In this document: piece by piece, positions 24,199 through 32,000 of the stretch
Layout of the letters: every line of letters starts with the position of its first letter
Numbering within the stretch: the first letter of the stretch is position 1
DNA from: Pyrobaculum calidifontis JCM 11548
GTDB lineage: Archaea; Thermoproteota; Thermoprotei; Thermoproteales; Thermoproteaceae
Direction: 5' to 3'
Length of the DNA: 32,000 nt
NCBI RefSeq assembly: GCF_000015805.1
Contig: NC_009073.1
Span: forward strand, 570,001-602,000
Made by a program: the position numbers and the translations under genes
Notes under the pieces: generated by a model
The model's database searches: none
What the model saw: the letters and a program-made list of their open reading frames with translations, nothing else
Told to the model about the DNA's origin: nothing

Positions 24199-25421
24199 GG
24201 CCAAAACTTCTTCGCGGACATTAATAAGGCTTTTACCGCCGGCATCTCCTCGCCGCCGAGCGTCTGTATAAACGCGCGGCCGCCCGTGGAGACGTGGAAA
24301 GCCCTATCCAACACCCCAGCCATCTCGGCGGCCATTATGGTATGCCCACCGCCGAGGATAAGCCTCTTCTTCGCCGCGGCCCTCAACAGCTCCACGGTGC
24401 CTGTGGCAAAGACCTTGTTCTCTATATAGCCCATGGGCCCGCTGAAAATGACAATGTCGCCCTGCTCCACCACCTCCTTGAACAACAAGATTGTAGACCT
24501 CCCTATGTCCAGAGGCGCCTGAGACAGCGAGTACACGTCCACGTCAATTCTGCCTCCCCTCTCCACGGCGAAGTCCACCGGCACATGTATCTTGTTGCCG
24601 TACTTGGCCAAGAGCTGGCGCGCCCTCTCCACATGCGGCAGATACCCACCCCGCTCAACCTCCCGCCTAATCTCATCGTTCAGGAGGCCGTACTTCGCCA
24701 CCGCGAACACAAACCCCACAAGGCCCCCCACAGCCACCTTTTCCACAAAGTTGTTCTTCAACAGTTGCTCCACGGCCTTCAAAGTGTCCGGTATCTTGGC
24801 GCCGCCAGCCAACAGCATCACCCCCTCGCCCCGCCTCTCAAACACGGCCCCAAGCGCCCTCAGTTCTCTCTCAAAGACGGGGCCTATACAAGACGGCAAA
24901 ACCATAGGGAACCCCACCACGCTGGGCTGAGACCTGTGGGCAACGGCAAACCCGTCAAAGACGAAGTAGTGGCCGAGAGGCGCAAGCTTCTTCACCAGGT
25001 AGGTCTCCGCCTGGGCCTCAGGCACGCGCTCAATAACCTCCTCGGCCAGTAGCCTGACGTTCTCCAAGAGGAGGATTTCCCCATCCCTAAGCTCCCTTAT
25101 CTGCCTCCTCGCCTCAGGGCCAGCCACGTCGTCTACAAACTTTATGGGCCTCTCCACGTACTTCTCCAGATAGGGCTTGTGCACCTCCAGAGACGTGAAG
25201 TCGTCTTGGCCCGGCCTCCCCTGGTGCGCCAAGACCACGGACTTGACCCCCGCCTCAGAGGCCAGCCTAAGCGTCTGCGCGTGGGCCCTTATCCTATAAT
25301 CATCCAAGATTTTTCCATCTACAATGGGCGAATTTATATCTATTCTTATGATGACCACTTTCCCTCTTTCAAGACACTTTGACATATTTGGCAGTTTCTC
25401 TACAACTTCATTAAGTAACAT
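24195..25421 (-). CDS. pgk: 3-phosphoglycerate kinase
   Basis: It has [17 protein letters not shown] and the C-terminal STGGRAF(I)QTLGG, collinear with PGK hinge and ATP-binding motifs. Confidence 0.9.
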   Translation of the reverse strand: MLLNEVVEKLPNMSKCLERGKVVIIRIDINSPIVDGKILDDYRIRAHAQTLRLASEAGVKSVVLAHQGRPGQDDFTSLEVHKPYLEKYVERPIKFVDDVAGPEARRQIRELRDGEILLLENVRLLAEEVIERVPEAQAETYLVKKLAPLGHYFVFDGFAVAHRSQPSVVGFPMVLPSCIGPVFERELRALGAVFERRGEGVMLLAGGAKIPDTLKAVEQLLKNNFVEKVAVGGLVGFVFAVAKYGLLNDEIRREVERGGYLPHVERARQLLAKYGNKIHVPVDFAVERGGRIDVDVYSLSQAPLDIGRSTILLFKEVVEQGDIVIFSGPMGYIENKVFATGTVELLRAAAKKRLILGGGHTIMAAEMAGVLDRAFHVSTGGRAFIQTLGGEEMPAVKALLMSAKKFWP

Positions 25422-25530
25422 GTAAGAAGGTATTATCGGGGTTAATAAGTGTTATTGACTACACTCAGTATATAGAGATATATAGTATATATATTCCACT
25501 TCCTCAACATTATTAAACAGGTGTGTAAAT

Positions 25531-26112
25531 ATGCCCATGCGCCTTGACAAATACAAAACGGCGCTAAAGCTCGTGTCCACCGAGCTGTCCAAGAGAGACA
25601 TTGAACACGTGCTAATCGGCAGCGCGGTATTGCCTCTGGCATACGGCGTAGAGTACGACCCACGCGACGTCGACCTCTTCATATTAAACAAGTCAACCGT
25701 GCTAGACAACGAGATGTTCGAAGAAATAGCGAGAGAAAACGACTGGGACCTCGGCACCTCGGACCACGGCACTATATACTACGAGCTCATAGTCGGCGGA
25801 GAGTCCGTCAGAGTAGACCTCCTCGAAAACATCCTAGACATATACATACCCCCCGAGTTCTTCTCTGAGACAAGGAAAGTGGCCATAAACGGCGTCGAGG
25901 TGGCGTCCATCGGCCTTGAGGAGCTCCTGGTGCTCAAGGCGAAGATAGCCACAAAGGAGGCCGAGGAGTTCATAAACGAAGTAGCCCGCATAGTCCTCGA
26001 CAAGGGCATTGGGCTAAACTACCAAAGAATAAGGGCTCTCGCGGAGCTTTTCCCAGAGGACGCCGAGGGCATCCTAAAGAGATTGAGGCGAAACGGCATC
26101 TACGTGGAATAA
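25531..26112 (+). CDS. putative nucleotidyltransferase-fold protein (minimal NTase-like)
   Basis: HVLIGSAVLPLAYGVEYDPRDVDLFI resembles the G[SG]-x(9-13)-DxD nucleotidyltransferase signature. The rest is helical. I recognised no partner gene. ATG 25537 is an alternative start. Confidence 0.45.
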   Translation: MPMRLDKYKTALKLVSTELSKRDIEHVLIGSAVLPLAYGVEYDPRDVDLFILNKSTVLDNEMFEEIARENDWDLGTSDHGTIYYELIVGGESVRVDLLENILDIYIPPEFFSETRKVAINGVEVASIGLEELLVLKAKIATKEAEEFINEVARIVLDKGIGLNYQRIRALAELFPEDAEGILKRLRRNGIYVE

Positions 26113-26138
26113 ATTTAAATGGAGTGTAGAGAGGGCCT

Positions 26139-27962
26139 ATGCGCGTTTTGTACATACATGCGGAGCGTTTTAGCTGGGAGTCGAGAGAGCCCGCGTTAGA
26201 TATAAGAGACGAGCCGGGCTCCGGCGCCGCCGCCAACGCGCTGGTGGTGTTTGTCTCAGTGGAGCGCGGCGACTCAAGCGACGAGGAGTTTTTGCGCAGA
26301 GTGGCCCGCGATGTGGTGGAAACGGCGGAGAAGGTCAAGGCGACGGCCGTGGTGATATACCCATACGCCCACCTTTCAAACGACTTGGCCAGGCCGTATG
26401 TGGCGAAGGAGGTGGTGAACAAGCTGTACGAGGTCGTGAAGTCGGAGTTCAAGGGAGAGGTGTACAAGGCGCCCTTCGGCTACTATAAGGCCTTTGAGGT
26501 AAAGTGCCTCGGCCACCCCCTGGCAGAGCTCAGCAGGAGCTTTAAGCCTGAGGAGGCGCGGGTCGCCAAGGCGGTTGAAGAGAGGAGGGACGTATACCTC
26601 GTGTTAACCCCCGACGGGCGTGAGCACGACCCAGCGGCGTATAGCCCCGCCGACCCGGACCTCAAGGCGTTGATTGACAAGGAGGTGTTTAAGAGAGAGC
26701 TGGGCGGCGGGGAGCCGCGGTACTTGGACTACTTGCGCAAGTTTGGGTTCGAGTGGGAGCCCATGTCAGATGTGGGGCACATGCGCTATGGCCCAGAGGC
26801 CACCGTCATGATGGAGCTCGTGGAGGACTACGCATACCAAGTGGCTAAGTCGCTGGGGATCCCCGTGTTTAAGATACGCGGTACTAACATGTTCAAACTG
26901 TCGGAGAAGGCCATAGAGACGCACGCGCGGCTCTTCGGAGAGAGGTTGTACATAGTTGAGTCAGACACAGACTTGATCCTCAGATATGCCGCATGCTTTC
27001 AGCAGTTCGCCATGGCGAAGGACTGGGTGATAAGCTACCGAAATCTCCCCTTCGGCATGTTGGAAATAGCAGACTCGTACAGGCACGAGCAGCCGGGGGA
27101 GACGGTGGTGCTCTTCCGCCTAAGGAGATTCTACATGCCTGACTTGCACATTTTTACAAAAGACTTGGCAGAGGCCGTGGAGGTGAGCTACAAGGTGCAC
27201 GAGGCGATATTCAGAGAAATTGGAAAACTAGGCAGAACCTACGTCTCGCTTTACAACGTGACGGAGGAGTTCTACAAGTCCCATCGCGACTACTTAGTGG
27301 AGTTGGCGAGGCGTGAGGGCAAGCCTATCCTAGTGAGAATTCTGCCTACGCAGAAGTACTACTGGGTCCTCAACGTGGAGTACCACATAGTAGACGAGCT
27401 GGGGAGGCCGAGGGAAATTGCCACGTTCCAAATTGACGTGGGAAACGCCCAGCGCTTCGGCATCAAATACGTCGACGAAAACAACCAGGTAAAATACCCA
27501 GTGATAATACACACGGCCATAATCGGCAGCGTGGAAAGGTACCTATACGCCGTCTTTGACACAATAGCAAAGGCGGAGAGAGAGGGGAAGACGCCCCGCC
27601 TCCCCACCTGGCTGGCCCCAGTCCAGGTGAGGATAATCCCCGTCGCCAGAGACAACTTAAAATTCGCAATGGAGGTGGCAGACAAGTTGGAGGAGGCGGG
27701 CATCCGCGTCGACGTAGACGACAGAGACGAGACGTTGTCAAAGCGGATTAGAGACGCGGAGACCAGTTGGGTTCCCTACGTATGCGTAGTGGGGTCTAAG
27801 GAGGAGGAGACGGGCACTCTCTCAGTGCGCATCCGCGGCGAGGGGCAGGCAAAGATGACGGCTGAGGAGCTCATAAAGAGAGTTAGAGAGGAGACCAGGG
27901 GCTACCCCACGAGGCCCTTATACCTGCCGCGGTTGCTCAGCCAGAGGCCCACCCGCGGCTGA
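26139..27962 (+). CDS. thrS: threonyl-tRNA synthetase, full-length archaeal type with an N-terminal archaea-specific editing domain
   Basis: The class II motif 2-like segment is [26 protein letters not shown]. The anticodon-binding C-terminus is VRIIPV...[16 protein letters not shown]. The N-terminal ~140 aa ([13 protein letters not shown]...) are of the archaeal editing-domain type. A TATA box lies about 23 nt upstream. Confidence 0.9.
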   Translation: MRVLYIHAERFSWESREPALDIRDEPGSGAAANALVVFVSVERGDSSDEEFLRRVARDVVETAEKVKATAVVIYPYAHLSNDLARPYVAKEVVNKLYEVVKSEFKGEVYKAPFGYYKAFEVKCLGHPLAELSRSFKPEEARVAKAVEERRDVYLVLTPDGREHDPAAYSPADPDLKALIDKEVFKRELGGGEPRYLDYLRKFGFEWEPMSDVGHMRYGPEATVMMELVEDYAYQVAKSLGIPVFKIRGTNMFKLSEKAIETHARLFGERLYIVESDTDLILRYAACFQQFAMAKDWVISYRNLPFGMLEIADSYRHEQPGETVVLFRLRRFYMPDLHIFTKDLAEAVEVSYKVHEAIFREIGKLGRTYVSLYNVTEEFYKSHRDYLVELARREGKPILVRILPTQKYYWVLNVEYHIVDELGRPREIATFQIDVGNAQRFGIKYVDENNQVKYPVIIHTAIIGSVERYLYAVFDTIAKAEREGKTPRLPTWLAPVQVRIIPVARDNLKFAMEVADKLEEAGIRVDVDDRDETLSKRIRDAETSWVPYVCVVGSKEEETGTLSVRIRGEGQAKMTAEELIKRVREETRGYPTRPLYLPRLLSQRPTRG

Positions 27963-28068
27963 CAGCGCCAAGGCGGGTGGCTACGCTAGAGGCGCAGGGG
28001 CGGCCGCCTCACGCGATATATCATTGTGTCCGAAAAGTTTATATAGGGGTCGCTATGGCGCACGCGAA

Positions 28069-28449
28069 ATGCAGGCGACAGCCCAGGTACAAACCCCGGT
28101 GGTTGGAAGACACGTCTACGGGGAGCTGTACGGCGTTGACGAAAGTCTCCTAAAAGACGAGGAGCGACTTAGGCGCATTGTAATAGAGGCGGCACACATC
28201 GCAAACATGCACCTAGTAGAGGTCAACTCGTGGAAGTTCAAGGGCGGCGACAAGGAGGGCGTGTCCGTAATAGCGCTAGTGCTCGAGAGCCACATAGCAA
28301 TTCACACGTGGCCCGTCTACAACTTCGCCACCGTGGACGTGTATACATGCGGCGAGCACTCTGACCCAATGGCCGCCTTCCGGTACATAGTCTCCCAGCT
28401 AAACCCAAAGCGCTTCACAGTCAACTACTCCGACAGGTCTTACAAATAG
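28069..28449 (+). CDS. pyruvoyl-dependent AdoMetDC-family decarboxylase proenzyme (SAM or arginine decarboxylase)
   Basis: The self-cleavage and active-site motif is VLE|SHIAIHTWP, followed by TVDVYTCG. I chose ATG 28069 as the start, about 25 nt downstream of the TATA box GTTTATATAGG. Crenarchaea carry paralogues with either substrate, which I cannot tell apart by eye. Confidence 0.8.
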   Translation: MQATAQVQTPVVGRHVYGELYGVDESLLKDEERLRRIVIEAAHIANMHLVEVNSWKFKGGDKEGVSVIALVLESHIAIHTWPVYNFATVDVYTCGEHSDPMAAFRYIVSQLNPKRFTVNYSDRSYK

Positions 28450-28468
28450 CCTCTTCCTTTTTTCCCTC

Positions 28469-29377
28469 GTGTCTAATGTCCTCATACTCCTACTTTGGCT
28501 AAACGAAGGCGCCATCGCCGATGATATAAAAAAGAGGGCGGCCTACGTGGGCACGGCTTATACGGCGGACGCCGTGAACTATGTAGTAAAGGCACTCTAC
28601 GAGCGCCTCAACTATGTAGACACAGTGGTGGTGTACGGCCCCGACTTCACGGGCGCGGGGGAGCTGATAGTCCAGACTCTACGCGGCGCCTGCACCGAGG
28701 CGGTTAGAGTGCCCTGCCACTACGTCGAGGGCTTGAACGTGGCGGTGGTAGACCTCCGCTGGAGAAGCGAACAAGACCTCAGACACGCAGTCGAAGAGGC
28801 CTATAGGCCGAGGGAGGCGCCAGCTAGGCCCAACGCGGCCATCGAAATACAGCGGCCAGAGAAGAGGATGCCCTACCTCGGGCTACACGTCCTCTACGAC
28901 ACAGACCTAGAAGCCCTCAGAGTCAAGGCTATCCACTACATATTAACATACGGCGTAGAGAGCCGCGACGCCTTGTACAATGTGCTGGCGCTCCACAGCG
29001 GCCACGGTGGCGTATACTCGGCGGCCCCCTGCGACATAGTCGAAGAGTGGCCCTGCGGCCTCGGAAAACACGACGTGCTAATAGCCACGCCTGCGTTTAT
29101 ACAAAAGCGGCACATAGGCCAAGCCCTAGCCGCCGCCCGCCTCGACGTATACAAACGAGACGTGTACGACCCACACGGCAACTTCGTCCTCTCCCCCGAC
29201 GCGCTCCGCCACTACGACGCTCGGGGCGTCTTGCTCAGAGAAGTGGAAATATCCGACGAAGCGGTGAAACGCGAGGCAACAATGCTCCACCCAGACCACG
29301 CCTTCTACCTAGGCCAGGAATACGCCGCATACAAGCTCTTGAAGGACAAGTACGTCCAGGACAAATGGAAATATTAA
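28469..29377 (+). CDS. hypothetical protein with a C-terminal DUF4346-like segment
   Basis: The GTG start lies 19 nt after the decarboxylase stop. The C-terminal DPHGNFVL...HPDHAFYLGQEYAAYKLL..YVQD resembles (from memory) a domain often fused to pterin-binding proteins. I did not recognise the N-terminal ~220 aa. Confidence 0.45.
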   Translation: MSNVLILLLWLNEGAIADDIKKRAAYVGTAYTADAVNYVVKALYERLNYVDTVVVYGPDFTGAGELIVQTLRGACTEAVRVPCHYVEGLNVAVVDLRWRSEQDLRHAVEEAYRPREAPARPNAAIEIQRPEKRMPYLGLHVLYDTDLEALRVKAIHYILTYGVESRDALYNVLALHSGHGGVYSAAPCDIVEEWPCGLGKHDVLIATPAFIQKRHIGQALAAARLDVYKRDVYDPHGNFVLSPDALRHYDARGVLLREVEISDEAVKREATMLHPDHAFYLGQEYAAYKLLKDKYVQDKWKY

Positions 29378-29502
29378 CGGGTCCACCCCCGATGGGGCGC
29401 CTCCCGACTAGGGGTGAACTCAGCAGGCATAAGGCAAGCCGAGACTGATAGCAAACGTGGCGTTAGGGAAATAACCTTTAAACCCAGACGTCGAGGAGAT
29501 AT

Positions 29503-31281
29503 ATGCAACAGAAGATTAGGTCGCCTTTCGTGGTTGTGATGGGGCACGTGGATGTGGGGAAGACCCTCTTGTTGGACAAGATTAGGGGCACCTCTGTGGC
29601 GTATAGGGAGCCGGGCATGATCACGCAACATATTGGCATGAGCCTTGTCCCGTGGCCGGCTGTGGAGAAGTTCGCGGGCCCCCTCGTGGATAGGCTGAAG
29701 CTGAGGGGGAGGATCTGGATACCCGGCTTCCTCTTCATTGACACGCCGGGCCACGCCGCCTTTTCGAACTTGCGCAAGAGGGGCGGGTCAGTGGCCGACT
29801 TGGCCATACTTGTGGTAGACATTACGTCGGGTTTGGAGGACCAGGGTGTGGAGTCGCTTAAGCTTATCCAGAGCAGGGGGGTCCCCTTCGTAATTGCTGC
29901 AAATAAGCTGGACCGGATCTATGGCTGGAAGTCTGTGGAAAACCGCCCGTTTCTCTTCGCGGTTGAGGAGCAGGAGTGGCACGCGGTGGCTACGCTGGAG
30001 GAGCAGATAGGCAAGTTGATAACGCAACTCGCAAACCTCGGCATAGACGCCGACCGGTATGACAGAGTGAGAGACTTCTCGAAGCAGGTGCCGATTGTCC
30101 CCACGAGCGCGGTCACCGGCGAGGGGGTGGCCGACCTGCTCCTGGTGCTTGCTGGGGTTAGCCAGCGGTTTATACCGCGGGAGAAGCTCCAAGTCAGAGA
30201 CGGCCCCGCGCGCGGCGTCGTGATGGAGGTGAAGGAGGAGAGGGGCCTCGGGGTCGTGGCCGACGTCATTTTGTACGACGGCAAGCTGAGGAAGGGCGAC
30301 GTGATAGTCACGGCGGGGCTAGACGGGTCTCGGCAGGCCAAGGTGAGGATGCTCATAATGCCGAAGTCGCTGGAGGAGATGCGGGACCCCGAGGACAAGT
30401 TCATGGCTGTGCAAGAGGTGGAGGCGGCGGCGGGCGTGAGGGTAGTGGCGGAGGGGCTTGAGGGCGTGGTGGCGGGCGCCCCGCTTCTAGCCGTGTGGGA
30501 CCCAAAGGACCTCCCCGAGGCGCTTAAGAGCGTGGGGGAGGAGATAGCGGAGATCAAAATAGAGTCGGACAAGGAGGGCGTAATCGTTAGAGCAGACACC
30601 TTCGGCACTCTGGAGAGCATAATACTCTTCTTAAGACAGCAGGGAGTCCCCGTCAGAAAGGCGGACGTGGGGCCGCCTACGCACAAGGACGTGGTGGAGG
30701 CGGTGCTGAGCAGGAGGAAGAACCCCGCCTACGGAGCAATCCTGGCCTTCAACGTGAAAGTGCCCCCGGAGGTGGAGACCGAGGCCCAGTCCTCTGGAGT
30801 GAAGATAATACGCGGGGAAATCCTCTACCGCATATTCGACGAGTACGTCAAGTGGTCTACCGAGGTGAAGACGAAGACCGTTGAGCAAGTGCTCTCCCAG
30901 CTCACCCGCCCCGCGAAAATCCAAATACTCCCCGGCTACGTGTTTAGGAGGAGCGACCCGGCCATAGTGGGCGTGAAAGTGTTGGCCGGAACGCTCAAGC
31001 CCGGCGTCACCTTGGCCAAAGACGGCAGAGAAGTGGGCAAGGTAATGCAGATACAGCGCCAGGGCAAACCCGTCGCAGAGGCTGTGGCAGGCGACGAGGT
31101 GGCCATATCTATACAGGGAGACGTCATAGTGGGCCGTCAGATAAAGGAGGGAGACGTGCTCTACGTCTATATCCCAGACGAGCAGGCCAGACAGTGGCTA
31201 TTCCGCTACAAGCAGTACCTCAGAAAAGACGAGGTAGAGGCCTTAGAGGAGTACCTGAAGACAAGAAAGAAGTCAGCATAA
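29503..31281 (+). CDS. infB: translation initiation factor aIF5B (IF2-type GTPase)
   Basis: It has G1 GHVDVGKT, G3 DTPGH and G4 NKLD. The 592-aa length and four-domain layout fit aIF5B. The TATA-like ACCTTTAAAC lies about 23 nt upstream. Confidence 0.9.
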   Translation: MQQKIRSPFVVVMGHVDVGKTLLLDKIRGTSVAYREPGMITQHIGMSLVPWPAVEKFAGPLVDRLKLRGRIWIPGFLFIDTPGHAAFSNLRKRGGSVADLAILVVDITSGLEDQGVESLKLIQSRGVPFVIAANKLDRIYGWKSVENRPFLFAVEEQEWHAVATLEEQIGKLITQLANLGIDADRYDRVRDFSKQVPIVPTSAVTGEGVADLLLVLAGVSQRFIPREKLQVRDGPARGVVMEVKEERGLGVVADVILYDGKLRKGDVIVTAGLDGSRQAKVRMLIMPKSLEEMRDPEDKFMAVQEVEAAAGVRVVAEGLEGVVAGAPLLAVWDPKDLPEALKSVGEEIAEIKIESDKEGVIVRADTFGTLESIILFLRQQGVPVRKADVGPPTHKDVVEAVLSRRKNPAYGAILAFNVKVPPEVETEAQSSGVKIIRGEILYRIFDEYVKWSTEVKTKTVEQVLSQLTRPAKIQILPGYVFRRSDPAIVGVKVLAGTLKPGVTLAKDGREVGKVMQIQRQGKPVAEAVAGDEVAISIQGDVIVGRQIKEGDVLYVYIPDEQARQWLFRYKQYLRKDEVEALEEYLKTRKKSA

Positions 31282-31641
31282 ATACTCTTTAACAAATCTG
31301 CCGAGCTGTTGGTCGCAGTTGGCGACGAGATATACAACACCCTCCCTCGATTGTTTTCTCGACAGTGCCGCCGCAATCTTGGGAACCATGGGGTCAACCC
31401 TCCTATGCCCGTGGGCAACTGCCACTATAAGCCCAAAGCCCTGGTAGTCAACAAGAGAGCCCCTCCTAATTGTTTCCACAGTGGCCACCAGCTGGTCTAT
31501 GTCGCGTTTTCTTACGTCCTCAGCCTCTTCTACGACCATTAAAGCTCGCCATCCAACGAGTAAATAATCGGCGCGCTGCTGACCGCCCATTACCAGCAAC
31601 TCGTCTAAGTCGATTCTTTCGGGCCTGCACGTGTCGCTCAT
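31273..31641 (-). CDS. hypothetical 122-aa protein tightly coupled to the upstream ATPase gene
   Basis: Its ATG immediately follows the ATPase TGA (TGAATG). Composition is balanced. The acidic strand [10 protein letters not shown] is faintly Toprim/RloB-like, a very tentative reading. It overlaps the infB 3' end by 9 nt. Confidence 0.45.
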   Translation of the reverse strand: MSDTCRPERIDLDELLVMGGQQRADYLLVGWRALMVVEEAEDVRKRDIDQLVATVETIRRGSLVDYQGFGLIVAVAHGHRRVDPMVPKIAAALSRKQSREGVVYLVANCDQQLGRFVKEYLC

Positions 31642-32000
31642 TCAGCTAGAGAGTATCCTCGCCCTCTCCTCGGCGAGCTCCACGGCGACGCTTGCGAACT
31701 CATCCTCTGAGAATCCCTCCGGCCCAACATCGAGCTTTTCCACAACCGCTCTGTCCCCCTCCGCCTTGACGAGGTACGCGGCCACCGACTCGGGGCGCAA
31801 CACCTCATCCTCGGCGAATCCCAAGGCCCTCGCCCTCTCGGGGGACCGCGAAAGCGCTATGAGGTCGTTCAGCCTATAGAGCATGTAGTCGCTGTGCGTC
31901 GTCAAAACCACGTGCTTACCCCTATTAACTGCCTTCGCGATAAGCCGTGCCAATGCCCCCTGGGCCCGCGGGTGTAAATGAGCCTCAGGCTCCTCTATTA
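31642..32000 (-). CDS. ABC/SMC-like (AAA_15/AAA_21-type) ATPase, C-terminal part only; the gene continues past the right edge
   Basis: The frame is open to base 32000. It reads IEEPEAHLHPRAQGALARLIAKAVNRGKHVVLTTHSDYML, which gives Walker B/D-loop EEPExHLHP and H-loop TTHS. The listed start at 31953 is an internal TTG (Leu). Confidence 0.65.
   Translation of the reverse strand, partial: IEEPEAHLHPRAQGALARLIAKAVNRGKHVVLTTHSDYMLYRLNDLIALSRSPERARALGFAEDEVLRPESVAAYLVKAEGDRAVVEKLDVGPEGFSEDEFASVAVELAEERARILSS

Noticed and set aside
1-32000. A search for CRISPR arrays, IS elements, integrases, or a large tandem or inverted repeat structure.
   Set aside because: I saw no regularly spaced repeats of 24-37 nt, no transposase- or integrase-like ORFs, and no long terminal inverted repeats. 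The only repeats found are the short ones reported above.

Overview
The window looks like a compact, mostly housekeeping chromosomal segment of a hyperthermophilic crenarchaeon. The best fit is Thermoproteales (Pyrobaculum/Thermoproteus-like), judged from a crenarchaeal PGI/PMI, ribosomal protein L38e, archaeal GAPDH, aIF5B, a two-intron tRNA, and A/T boxes about 23-28 nt upstream of most first start codons (leaderless layout). I call about 35 protein genes. They include sufC/sufB, a TIP49/RuvB-like ATPase, an M50 protease, prpB-prpD beside a PduO-type corrinoid adenosyltransferase, S19-S17-XPF, a pgk-gap-usp-GH1 string, thrS and an AdoMetDC-family decarboxylase. I also call one tRNA-Val(UAC) with two introns. 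I see no CRISPR array, integrase or transposase, and no clear novel multi-gene system. The items most worth a second look are: two candidate C/D box sRNAs, one with both guides complementary to the neighbouring tRNA-Val; degenerate tRNA-like repeats in an unexplained spacer of about 290 bp; a second unexplained 237-bp gap; a frameshifted, motif-degenerate MBL-fold gene; a TrxR homologue lacking the NAD(P)H motif; and, cut by the right edge, an ABC-type ATPase tightly coupled to a 122-aa ORF (defence/TA-like architecture). All functional calls come from motif recognition by eye, with no database search.
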